Assembly (NCBI GenBank): GCA_030704615.1
Contig: CM060731.1
Span: 71,610,001 to 71,674,000, forward strand
Origin: Takakia lepidozioides
Taxonomy: Eukaryota > Plantae > Bryophyta
DNA: 64,000 nt
Direction of reading: 5' to 3'
Under the pieces are notes generated by a model, which worked only from the letters and a program-made list of their open reading frames with translations, was not told where the DNA came from and made no database searches. Of this stretch, positions 1-12,800 are shown piece by piece. How positions within the stretch are numbered: position 1 is the stretch's first letter; the number at the start of each line of letters is the position of its first letter. The position numbers were made by a program, and so were the translations under genes.

Positions 1-88
1 AACTCAAAGCTGCTCAAGTTGCATGAAGGCAGAGTCAGAGAGGGAGGGAGGCTACCTAAGCTGCTGGTTAGCTTATGACTGGTTGCAG

Positions 89-3000
89 GCAGAGACTGTT
101 TATGGAGCACTGCGCGGCCTTGAGGTACTTTTCTCAACTCCTACGTGCTTTCTCTGTCTCCCTCCCCCTTTGACCGAGTCTGCAATTTTCTCTGTTATTG
201 ATGTACACTATGCTCTTAGGACTGAGACTTCCCCCTAATCCCTCTGTACAATTGGTTCCAGAAAGAAAGTGTAGCACACAATTCTATCCTAGTACTTCAC
301 GATCTGACTGTACTTCTTGATGTATGTGAAACCTTGTTTTTGAGCCAGTTCGGTCAAATTTTTACTGAAATGGTTGTGTTTATGGGTCATATCACCAAAG
401 CTGAGCAACTATGATGACTTACTAGTTGGATCCTCATGTGGAAAATGGGTAAAGCAACTTACGTTGGTAATAGGTTAGTTCATCACACATTCCATATGCT
501 TACCACTTTGGTTGTACAGTAACCACCAGAGAAGCATTTATGCTGGGGGACTGTGCATGACATGAGAAAACCTTCGGAACATATTCACCATAAAACCAAA
601 ATCTTTTTTTTTTTTGCTTGCAATACCTTAAGTAGAGCAGCAGGCAGTGATTGGGAGTGGATGCGCACATATGGAAAATGTGCCTGTAGTAATGACATGT
701 ATTCTCAGCCCCTTTCTACCCGAGCAGCACAATGGCACGAACCAACCAGAGAAGAGACCAAGAATATATGATGTGCCCATCGAGATGCACATCTATTTGC
801 TTGCAAAGACTGTCAAAACAGAGTGGGATCCTTTTTGTGAATGATATCCAATTTCTCGGGAATAGTGACCACAATTAACGGTGTTTATTTTTCTTGTTTC
901 CCATACTCCATGCAAACTTGAAGTTCAAGTGAAAAATAATTTTTCCCTTCAGACAAAGTGCCATAATATGGAGCTGCTGGACTTACGGACTGCAATAACC
1001 ATGTCACAGGATCTCATCAGACTGCTAAACACTTGTCGTCCTTCTATGAATTTCTTTTCTGGTATGGACAGCTTATTGTAACAAGCTGATATCCTGGATT
1101 CTTTCCTGTGAGGCTTCTCTGACAACTGTTGAAGATGATTGTGATTTGCTTGGTAGTTTCTTCCTGGAACATCCGGGAGAAAGATTTCAGAAATGAATTG
1201 TACATTGTCGGATGAGCAGCTATTTATAGAGAAGAGGTGGGAGGAAAGTTTCTAACTGGTCAGGGGATTCTCTGACAGCCAAAGTTGCTGAAAATAAGCT
1301 CTTTGCTTAAGCTGGTGGCTGTAAGGTTTTACCTTTAGTTCTAATGCCAGTATGTAGTCTTGAAGGCAAGGAAAAATTGGATTACTCTTGATAAGGGGGA
1401 GAGGATGTTGCTCGGGGATCTGGGTGTGTGTAGACATTCAGTCAGCTGGCGGCCTTCAATTTCAGGACACGGACAGTGCAGATTCTGGGCATCCCTTGGG
1501 CCATCAGAGACTATCCTCGTTTCGCCTTCCGTGGACTCTTAATTGGTCTCTCTCCCTCTCTCTCTCTCTATCTCGCCACAAGGCTACGGCAAACAAAGTC
1601 TTATGAGTACATTCTCTCTCTCTACATTAAGTCACTTTCTCTATTGACTTGTAAACCTCTGAAACTTTGTGCTTGTATGCATGTATATAGTTGTAGATAA
1701 AAGTTGCTTTTGATGCATGAATCAGATACATCCCGGCACTACCAACCCTTGGAGTCCATCAGACGCATCATTGACTCCATGGCCTATGCGAAACTTGTAA
1801 GTGTCGATTCTTAAATGAGTGGCTCTGTCAATAATAGATGATCAGACTCCATTTGCTCAAAAGAAAACACTTGAGTCTCAAATCTCAGGGATACTCTTTG
1901 CAATCAGACTGGGCTGTAATTTCCCCAGTTGCTTATCATGCCTCATTTGTAACCAAAGGGAGTCATAGCTATGTACAAGCCTTAATTCTGCCACACTTCA
2001 TCTCCTTTCCATACTGATGGAAACAAAGAAACAATGGTTAGGGGGCACACTATTAGATATATTTATGGTGTTTGGAGAGTTGTATAATAATCTGTTCTTG
2101 TGTGCAGAATGTGCTACATTGGCACATTGTGGATGAGGAATCCTTCCCTCTTGAGATCCCCTCCTACCCAAGACTCTGGATGGGCGCATACACATACGGG
2201 GAGCGCTACACCATGGATGATGCCCGCACAATTGTTGAGTATGTGAATATCAGACCTGTTGTGGTTGTTTTTGTGTTTTCTGCTTGAGTCTTTGCTTGGA
2301 TGCTGTCAACTGCCCTTTATCAATGTTAAGTAGAGCTGAAGGTTGATGTCCAAGGAAAGTGGAGGATGGCATCTTTATGCATCATTGCTCTCCTCCTTCG
2401 GATTGACAATTTTCACCAAGCATTAGTACCCTTTCTGGAGGAACCCCTGTCCTTTCAATGTACTAGGGACAACCATAAGATCATTTGTACCTACAACTCA
2501 GGTAATGTGATAGGACAAGTTGTCAATCTGAGCTTTCTTGGAAGCGATACCACAGTGAATTCTTTGGGTCCTACCCCATGGGCTAAGCACAAAGTTCGTT
2601 TTTAGGAATGACAGATCCACTCAGGAGGAGTCCTTATCCCATGAGCTACTTTGCTCCCGTAGCCATTTGTTGGCTTTTGTCTCATGGTCTTTTCACTTTA
2701 CATCAACCACTAATTAGATAGATCCATCGACTATGGGCCTATACCAGTATTTTGTGTTGTATTCAGAATTTCACCTCACACTACTCAATTGGATTGTATC
2801 CAGGTATGCACGGGCCAGAGGCATTCATGTCATGGCTGAACTTGATGTTCCTGGCCATGCTGCCTCCTGGTAAATCCCTTTCCTAAGCAGGTTGAGTTAT
2901 GTCCACTGTTTCAGCTCTTGCAAGTGCTAACTTTGAATGTACTCAACAAATAAACCTGTCTCTTGTGAATGGTGCATCTGGTGGGATGCTAAGCAACGAC

Positions 3001-6000
3001 CTGGTTCAGTGCCCGGCCGTATGATGATACTTACCTGGCCAAAGCCCCATAGTTGGGGAGGGAAAGATTGTTACGTCCACAGGCATCACTTCTGTCGTCT
3101 TATTATATGAGGAGTGGAAGACCAAAATTCGAAATTTTGTGGCTAAAATTTTGGGAGTTGCCCACCCGGTGTTGTAGGTGACTGTCATGAGTGGTTGAAT
3201 GCAGGGGTATGGGGTACCCAGAATTGTGGCCCACACCAGCTTGCAATGAGCCCCTTGATGTTAGCAAAGAAGTGACTTTTAATGTGATTGATGGCATCAT
3301 TGCAGGTTTGTGCTTAGCTTCTCCTCCTGCGCATACTCTCTCTTTATACAAGTGAAGGTGTAAACCCAGATGTATTCTGAAGAAGTTTTTTGTTTTGTCC
3401 TACCTTGTCCCATGGGCCCTCATGGGTCCTCTGTGGACCTTATGAAGTTTCTTTCTTTCTTTCTCTCTCTATCTGTGGGGTAATTAAATTTCTGTTTTCC
3501 TTTCTCTCTTATAAAGTACCATTTCATTTCATTTCACTTATGAGACAAGTGGGAGATTTAGATTGAAGAACACTTTTTCTTTTTCTGTCCTCTCTACAAG
3601 ATTTGGGCTGCTATTACAGCACAGCCAATCGCTCGCAGAGGTGTTTCTTTTGAGGATCAGAGATGCTTGGTAGATATCTGCATGAGGCTCGCCACCGTAT
3701 GTAATCTCTCAAAGTTGTAATGTAGTGTTCGGGCTGCTTATTGGGTGCCCCTCTTTCATGTATCCTACTTTTCCTTTGTCCTATAAGCTCTTGTGCTTCC
3801 CTCAGATGCTATAAAGTTCCTTTCTTTCTTCCTTTCTTTTCTATTTCTTACAAGATAGCCTGCAAGATAGCACGTCGCGCTAAGTTTAAATCAATGTTCT
3901 GCCTGAAACAAGCGTGTTAGTATACTCAAATCGATATGTTGAAGTGAAAGCTCTTGAACTCTCCATGGGATGTCACACACAAGAAACACAGTACATCATG
4001 CTTGCTACTGAAACTAGAGATGAATGAAAAGAGAAGGTGAGGACAATGAGAGACTAGAAAGAAGAAGAAAATGAAGAAAAAGGGAGAATCTGATGGTGCC
4101 TCATGTCTGCAGATTTCAAAAAGGTTTTCCCCTTCAAGTTTGTTCATTTGGGTGGAGATGAAGTTGATACAAGTATGATTCCCTTACAATATTACTTTCA
4201 GGCTGTTTTGTTTTCGATATATCTTGTTTACAAGCAGTTCTTTTCTTTTCATTCTTTCTTGCTGTATCTCGCGTTGGACATATCTTTTGGAATTTTCTCT
4301 TGATCCAGAGGCACTGTGGAGTAAATTAATTTTGGGCAAGATTCAATCTGGTGAGTGGTCATCGCTAAATTTAAGGTGGGAATTATGTATGCAGGCTGCT
4401 GGCGGGATACCCCGCACATCCAAGCTTGGTAATTCCTTCACATTCTAACATTCTTGATTCATTTTGGCAGGTATTGGATGCCTCTATAATCTCTCTAGAA
4501 TTTGACATGTATTGGCTTCATCAGTCTCCATTCCATTTCAAGACTAGGGTGGATACTTTGTTGGCCTGAGCTGTACTGAATAAACCATACAGTCAATTGG
4601 TGAGCATGTAATGATAAACTCGATTTTGACACCCAGTTTCATGCACGAGTTATAGCTCTGTGAGTTTGCAGTTGCTTGGAAACTCTAACTGCAGACCCTC
4701 TTTACTGGGACTATTGGTTGAATATCAACGATAGTGACTAGGTCAGTACATGGATAACAGTTTGGATGAATCACATCCCAATCGTGACAGAATGCCCCTG
4801 TAAGATCCATGATGAAATCCATGTTGAAGTACTATGTCATCAATGTCCAGTCTGGGATTTCATGTGAGCCAATGCTCCTAGATGTTTTTCATGTTAAACA
4901 ATGTTGTCCTGATGCCCCGCCTCCAATCTTGCGGCATCATCTCAACAGGTGACTTCATAGGCAGCAACATTCTCTTAAAACGTTGTAGGATGGAGCAATG
5001 ATGACACTCTTCGCACAAGTTTGCTGACATGGAAATAATGGGGCATGTCTGGTGTATAAATGCAGGCTTCAACTGAATAATTTCACAGCCCCTGATGCAT
5101 ATGCCAGTTTTGTCCTACGTACACAAGGGATTGCCCTGAAACATGGTTACCTCCCTGTGAACTGGTATTTTCTCTTCCATTGGAGCTACAACTTATAACC
5201 TTTCCACGTAAGGATGGTCTGCAATGAGATAGGACTTGTTAAATAATGCACTGGACAGATAAGTGAGTAGTTCAGATGTAATACCATCATTTGATTGTGA
5301 TGAATCTCTTGAGGCATCTCTCTTTTGGTATCACTGTTGGTATAACCAATTGTTACTTTTTTTCCATTGTGCACTGAAAGCTTCTGTTTGGTGGTCATAT
5401 TGGACAGGACCAAATGCTTGACCAATAGTGTAGTCAATAGTGTTTTACTGGTGCTATGTAGTGTGGAAGTGAGACTGTTTAAATATAAGAACCTTGGTGA
5501 CAGGTTTTTCTCACTTCGTGACAAGCCTACACTCGACAAAAATTCAAGTGGAAGGAATGTTGAGCAAAGGACACAGCTGTCTTGTGATGCCAAAATGATG
5601 CTCAGTACCAGACAGTATGTGGTCACTTTGTGCAGTTGAAGATACACAATTTATTGTGAACAGGGTTTTGATAATGGCATGTTATGCTGGATGGGCATCG
5701 ACAGGGAGGAGACATTTAACACTTTTCCATCCCGATTAAGCAAAGAGACAGTTGTCCATAACTGGTTGGCACTTCCTCCCATTGTTCTTTCTCTAGCGCA
5801 TCCTGCCTGCCGAATTCTCCAGACTAAGTTTATACTAGATATACTAGATGCCTTCTCAGAGAGGAAGCTCTAACCTTTCTGGTCAAATGTAAAGTTGGAT
5901 CTCATCATAGCTAGGCAGTCCATATCACAACCGCAAACACATGCTTCTGTCCCTCCTTACGCCAATGTCATATCCTAGTGAGGTTTCTCCACAATACCAA

Positions 6001-8811
6001 CAAGGCTATGAAAAGCAAATTAGTCTAATCATTTATCTCTCTGAGGGGAAGTCTGTGTGTTGACTGTCTCCGTCCTTTTTCCTTCTTAGAGGCAGCCACT
6101 TCCTTATGGAGCTGGTGTTGAGTTGTAAGGATCAGAGATGCCTTGAGCATAACTCTATAAGGCTCTCCACCTTAGAGAATCTAGCATTGTTGAATTTTAG
6201 TTTTGTGGTTGTGACCGCCAGTTTGTTGGGGGCACCAGTTCTGTATTTTCTATTTGCCTTTGTCCCGCAGCTCTTTGAGCTAAGTCCTTTTTTTTGTGTG
6301 TTCCCTCACCATTGAAGATGTAGGAGTACAAATTTCATTTTGGACTTGGGAAATCAGGTTGGAGAGTGGAACATGCCCAAGGGTGGTCAAATATGGCCTG
6401 AAATGCATATTGAGTGACCAAGGAACATGGTATTTGGATCACTTGGATGTGCCATGGGACAAATTTTACCTCACGGAGCCCCTTCTGAACATCATAGACC
6501 CAGATGAGCAGAAGTTGGTTATCGGTGGGGAAGTCTGCATGTGGGGGGAGACTGCGGATGCTTCCAATGTCCTGCAAACCATTTGGCCTCGTGCTGCTGC
6601 TGCTGCCGGTATTTTCTCTCTTCCACAAACTCCGTTAGGCTAGAATTTGTCCAGTATGTACCACTTAGAAGTGGAGACAGAACATCATTTTTTTCTTGTA
6701 CCCTAGTCCCTACATGATCAGTGGAAGATTCTACTGTCGTTCTTCAGATCCCTCATTCTTGGCAATGGCCCACAGCTGAAGACCAGAAGCGCCTACTGAG
6801 ATTTCCGCCCTGTTCGAAAAGGTTGTCAACTATTAGTGCATGGCTTTGACATCTGTCTCACTAGTCTATTCTGTTTTGTAGCTTCAACAACTTTTTTGGA
6901 GGATATGCCTATTTCCTTGTGATGGAGTGGTCTGCATGAGGTGCCTTCATATGGGGCACAAGGACTACCGCTGCCCCTCTTTTTGCTGTCGTTGGTAATG
7001 CCTAGATATGGGCCCTCTGGGCCTCTCGCAGCCGGAAAATATTTGTTCTTCTCTCTCTGTCCCTCTCTGCTAGGCGGCAAACTGGGTGCGAAGTCTATGG
7101 CCACAAGGCTATGGAAAACAACGTCTCATGAGTGCATTCTGTTAGAAGTGAGCTCAGATTTAGTTAGGGTTCTGTTAGGGTTTTTGACGGCTAGGGATAG
7201 TTCTACCAAAAGGTTCCAGCACATGGTTCCACCAAAAGTTTCTAGTGAACCCATGTAGGATTTAAGGGATAGGCTGAGGCAATGCCCAGCACTTCTTCTA
7301 GCACTTGGATGTGCTATCCTAGTAGAAAGAAGAGGAGAAGTCCAGCATTTACTCTTGAAGCTTTCTTTTGTAGTAAGGAGCATTCTTGTTAGTACTAACG
7401 TCTTGTTTGGTTCAGACTGTCAAGTTTTGTACTGCTGCTTGTGCTCGAAGCTTTCTGTCAATCTCTAGAGGGTGAGGACAGGTCTAGTTTTCAACAGGTT
7501 ACGGGCCCATAAGACGTTACAACTGGTTGGACAGTTGAGCCACTTGATGGCGACAACTACAAGAGTTGGATTTACAAGATGAAACTCCTACTCTCTTCAA
7601 AGTGCCTATGGTCAATAATGACTAAGAAGCCTTCAGAGGATAACTTGAAGGAGGCCACATGGAACCAAAAGAATGAGCTTGCATTGGCAGCTCTGGTCAT
7701 GAACATGAGATCAGACCTTGTAGTGTGGTAAGGGATATTACAACTGCTCATGAGGTCTGGCAGAGCTTAGGTGAAGTGTATGAGACAGATGTGATGGGGA
7801 AAGCATATGTCTTGCTTCTAAGTACGTTTGGAACTCAGGAAGAGGCCAATGTTGGGGACACAATGGACACTGCACCATTGTGGCATAGAAGGTTGGGTCA
7901 CTTGGGGACACAAGCGATCAAGGATCTTCAAAAGTTGGCACTGGGGTTGAATGTGGACTGGTCACACGAGCTACAATTCTGTGAAGGATGTGCTAAAGGG
8001 AAAGAGCTTGTGCTATCCAAATGCTTTTCATCTGTCTCATACACTTCTAACCTAATGCCAGATCTCATGAGCAGTTGTAATATCCCTTACCAAACTACGA
8101 CATGTTCTTGACCAGAGCTGTCAATGCAAGCTCATTCTTTTGGTTCCATGTGGCCTCCTTCAAGTTATCCTCTGAAGGTTTCTTAGTCACTATTGACCAT
8201 AGGCCCTATGAAGAGAGTAGGGGTTTTCATCTTGTAAATCCAACTCTTATAGTTGTTGCCATCAAGTGGCTCAATTGTCCAACCAATTGTAACGTCTTGT
8301 GGCCCCCAACCTGTTGAAAACTAGACCTATCCTCACCCTCTAGAGATATTGACATAAAACTTCTAGCACAAGCAGCAGTACAAAACTTGACAGTCTGAAC
8401 CCAACAAGCTTGCTAGGCGACAATGGATCTCAGGAGGAAGCCACTCTCTCTGTTGAACCAAGGCTTCACTAGAAGAAAGAGCACCCTTTCTTGAACCTTC
8501 ACCACCTCATCCTTCATGTTTTGGTACCTCCAATAGAGAATGCATTCATAGCCATGAGGTTTAGCATTTGAAATCTGAAAATGTGGATATCTTCTCATCT
8601 GCCCGAAATTTTATTGTGTTTGTCTGCAGAGCGACTGTGGAGCCCCCGGCCGATTACAGATCAAGGTGCTGCCCAAGCTTTCAAACGGCTACAGTCATTT
8701 CATTGTTTATTAGACCAGCGTGGTATACCAGCTGCTCCTTTGTTATATGGCGACTATCTTGCCCCGGGGCGGACTGCGCCCAGTGGCCCTGGCTCCTGCT
8801 TTGAGCAGTGA
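89..8811 (+). CDS. Beta-hexosaminidase (GH20, HEXO1/3-like), 12 visible exons, 5' part outside window
   Basis: GT-AG exons 89-124, 1434-1545, 1726-1796, 2108-2238, 2804-2869, 3205-3305, 4113-4172, 4395-4428, 5066-5164, 5705-5764, 6358-6608, 8630-8811 splice in frame: YGALRGLETFSQL, DYPRFAFRGLLIDTSRHY, NVLHWHIVD, ELDVPGHA, catalytic HLGGDEV, GGEVCMWGE, IWPRAAAAAERLWS. Confidence 0.95.
7140..8000 (+). mobile_element. Truncated Ty1/Copia retrotransposon (5' LTR, PBS, gag and GAG-pre-integrase fragments) in the last hexosaminidase intron
   Basis: LTR-like TGTTAG..TCAACA 7140-7496 followed by GGTTACGGGCCCA (copia-type half-tRNA-iMet PBS); gag LDGDNYKSWIYKMKLLL and LWHRRLGH...FCEGCAKGK. Confidence 0.8.
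8020..8545 (-). mobile_element. Second, inverted fragment of the same Copia family (LTR 3' part, PBS, gag start)
   Basis: 8020-8408 is the reverse complement of about 7403-7806 with scattered mismatches. Confidence 0.8.
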
Positions 8812-9892
8812 GAGACAGGTTGCCATAATGTTGTAGTTGAGATCGTAACTTGCCTTCTTTGGTGCAAGGCTTTCATAAGATCCTAAGATTTGCATCTTCG
8901 GTTTTGGGAATTCCCTTTTGCTCTTGCAGTTACGGTAACATACATGTCATATGGCATACCTGCCTCAAGGAACTTCGAGATGTAAAATTAGAGAAACACT
9001 GAACCTGGCTCTACAGCAAATACTTTGACACCTTGAAACTCCAATTTAGACGAAACCCAAGGATGGAAAGTATGAAACTCTAAAACCCAGGGACGAAACT
9101 CTAAACTCATGGACACTCCGGAAGTCTGAGTTAGAAAACTAACACGTGGGCAGCTTGCAAAATGATATGGAAGTCACAACTCGGAGAAAGCCAAGCCCAA
9201 GAAACTCTACTTTGAACCCAAGGACAAGCAAAGAAAAAAGTCAACACAATCAGGAAAGCAAAAACACTCTGGGGATGAGGGATGTATTCTGCGTGGATGA
9301 CCTCATTCATTCCGATCTTGCCCTAACTGGAAAGGATGGTCGTGCAAGGTTCTTCTAGCTCTGCTCTTTCTAGTTCGTAAATGCTTCGGGCGATTTCTTG
9401 TCCAGGAATTTTGACTTTGTCTTGATGGCCACAGTTTTCGAGGAAGCTTTGTGAAAGACTAGTGCAAGATAAATCTGTTGGAGATTCTTGCACTTGGAGA
9501 GTCCATAGACTCATTTGTTTGATCCTGGTCATCTGTGGAGGTTTTAAGAGCAGGAGCAATGCGAGGTAGGTAGGAGGTTAGCTGCACCATTTCAGGTTTG
9601 CAACATCTGCCATTAGGATCAACACGAGAGTCATTATGATCAACTTTTTTTTTTGCCAAAAGTTGGAATGCTTTACTGATTTTATTTTGGAAGGTGTATC
9701 GATGCGTTTGACATCTTCGTATGGCGCCCCGGTATGTCAACAGTCATGGGATTTGTGATAAGTGCGTAACTCTCTTTTGAAGAATGCCTGGTGCTGACAA
9801 CGATTGTGACAAGCATGGTTGAAGATCGAGATTCCAATGCTGAACACTGACATCTATGTCACATCTGTATATACTCTCTCGCAGACGAGACT

Positions 9893-12800
9893 ATGAAGAG
9901 GGCAAGTGATGAGCGCTACAAGCAATGGAAATTACTAGTGCCAGCCTTGTATGATTGGCTGGCCAATCATAACTTGGTCTGGCCTTCCCTATCCTGCCGG
10001 TACTTACCATGTTCTCGCTGGCATTGTCAGTTGCATTTCGCATTGTTGTGAAGCTGGGGCCCAGTTTGAGGGACTAAAAAGAGTAGGTATGCTTAAACCA
10101 TAAACCCAGGTAATATTGAGAACCTTCATATCGCGCAGAAAGAAAAAGCATTTGCACCATGTAGCAACGGATGTGAGAAGTAGAATTGATTTTTTCCTCC
10201 CCAACGGTTTATGAGATGCAAATGACTCTTGAGGTTGATCTCCACATCTAAAGAACACGAACATGTTGGTGGTTTGAGGCGATATTGATTTACATGCCGT
10301 TGCCACCATAATGCTAGATTCTTTGCATCGAGATTCTTTGCATTTGGCGGAGAGTCAGTCAGGTTTAGACTCCACTTGAGAGTAAACCAAGGAGAGTACA
10401 TATGCTTTCCAGGCATAGGGAGAACTCTCTGACAGAGAAGCATTATTAACTTACAGGTGAGGTGGATGGCTACTGTGTTGTACCTGTACTGTGCTGCTTC
10501 ATCAAGGCAGAAGACTGAATTTAGCCATCATTACCCTTAGGACTCAATTTTTGTGTGACCAAATAGATTTGCCATCCCCCAAGGCAGTGGCCCTCCTCCT
10601 TACAGTGTCTCCACGACCCCCACCACCACCACCACCACCTCAATGACAAGTATTTTGACCCATAAATTAGTGTAGGAGGCTTCTCTGTTTGGAAGCGTGA
10701 TGCATTTCTTGGAAGGTGCCACAGGTGGGGCCCACAGCTGGAGCAAGGAACTTACAAGACTCGCCAGCATATCTATGTATCTGAACGGGTGTGTTTTACC
10801 CCTAGCGATCCCCTTCATATGGAGGCCCTTAATCTGACCATATTAAATGCATGAGCATACTGGAACCTCAAACAGAAAGTGAGAGAGATTATCTTTGGAT
10901 TTGGTGCTAGGATATCGATTACTCAGTAAGCACAGAGATCTATGATTGTAGGGGGATTGTTTTACATGTATGAAATCGATTTTTGATGTCCTTTCGAAGC
11001 TTGGAAGAGAAGGATCATTCATGGACACAGTTGTGCTTGGAATTGCAGACAGATGGGACATTCCCAAACACGTTGATGGTTTGTCAATGCGATGTTGTGA
11101 AGCCACGAACTGCAGCAGCAGAACATATTTCACAGGCAGGTGCTATGTCTAAATAGCTACTATCACTTATTTTTATGCTAATACACACCAGATGTTGGAC
11201 AATGCATCGTACTCTATCTGCTCACTGGGTTTTTATACAGGCATTCAATGGGTTTTATAATCTTTCCCACTCCGGGGGCTGATGTTGTGAACCTGTTACC
11301 AAGTACCATCTCAACGGATATGTAGCTACAGTTTGTGCTTCATTAACTTGAACCTGGTTGGGTTACTTCCACACAGTTTAATGAGGGGGAAAGGTCGCCT
11401 TTTGTGAAGAAGCATAAGACAATCATCCATCCTGGTGAGGTGAGCTTAACCTGCTTTCCAATCTAGTCTAAGTGGGTCGTTGAAGTGCCACGTTGGCAAC
11501 AATACAGTAATGCTGGATTCCTAAGCATTGGAACAATGTGTGGCTAGACTCCATCCTCCGAAACTCCATTGTATGTTACAGTGCATTTTATCACGTTCAG
11601 CAGTGCTGTGAGAGGGTATTTATGGCAGTTGTTGCCAGAGTATTTCCGTCATTTCAGAGATGAAGGACTATCTAGTGAGTGAAAAAGAGAGTGGGGGTAG
11701 AGAAACACATGAAGATAAAGATTAATGCACTAATGATCTGGCTCTAATAGTATGTGGTTTCTTATGTAAGCTGAGCTTTGTAGTTCCAAGTTCGTTTCTC
11801 TCATGCTGAAATCTAATGGCTGGTGTGCACAGGTGAATAGGATAAGGGAGCTTCCACAGAACAGCAAAATTGTTGCGACCCATACGGACAGTCCTGAGGT
11901 GACTCACATAGACATTGGTTTCTTTTTAGGGTGAGAAAATAAGATTGAAGGGTGCTCATTCGCTGCTCCAGCTAGCCTTGGTGTGACCTGCCTTTAATAT
12001 AATAGCCTGAAATCCCTGAAGTGCTCCTCTGAGTCCACCATGCCAATCTTGTTTGGGTTGTTGAGTTTGCACTCCCAGACACTCTGTACTGAGGTGGAAG
12101 GACTCAATGGGAGAGAGGATGCACTCTTGAGGGTCTAGCCTGTTATGTGCTTGTTGAGAGAGATTTTGTTTGAACTCGAGTATGTTCTGCTTAAAGCCTG
12201 GAAGGTACCCCTTTGGGTTCTCCTTGCTAGAACTTGTGATGATGTGGTGATCCTGGTGGTTTTTGGTCCAATAACAGCATGTACTGATGGTTCGGCCTGT
12301 GCATAATGTTGGGTGCAAATAGGTGCTCATCTGGAATGTGGAAACTCAGCCAAATCGGTCTGCTCCAATTGGGGCTATGTTTTCTCGACCAGATCTGGTC
12401 AACCCTCCTCCTTGTCCTTCGTGACATCTGTTCTATTACTGGATGACCTTTTGTAAGTAGTTGCTTGGAGAAACAGACAGTGCAGGTTACAGGAACAAAT
12501 TTTAGTTTGAGGAGGGATTAGTTAGTGGGAAAGATTTGCTTGGAAAATATTCTGTTCTGCTATGTTGAAATGATGCATGGTAGTGGTTGTTATGGATGGC
12601 AGGTTTTAAAAGGGCACACAGAGAATGCAGAGTTTGCTCTTAATTTGAGCCCTACTGCACCTTTTGTTCTCTCAGGAGGTGTGTATGCCCTATTTAAGGT
12701 CTTTCAGTGTACCCATGCCAATGTTTATACCCACATCTATGTCGGAAGTATGTTGGCATGGCAGATGGCTCCTGGCTTCACTGCACTGGTTCGAGTGTTG

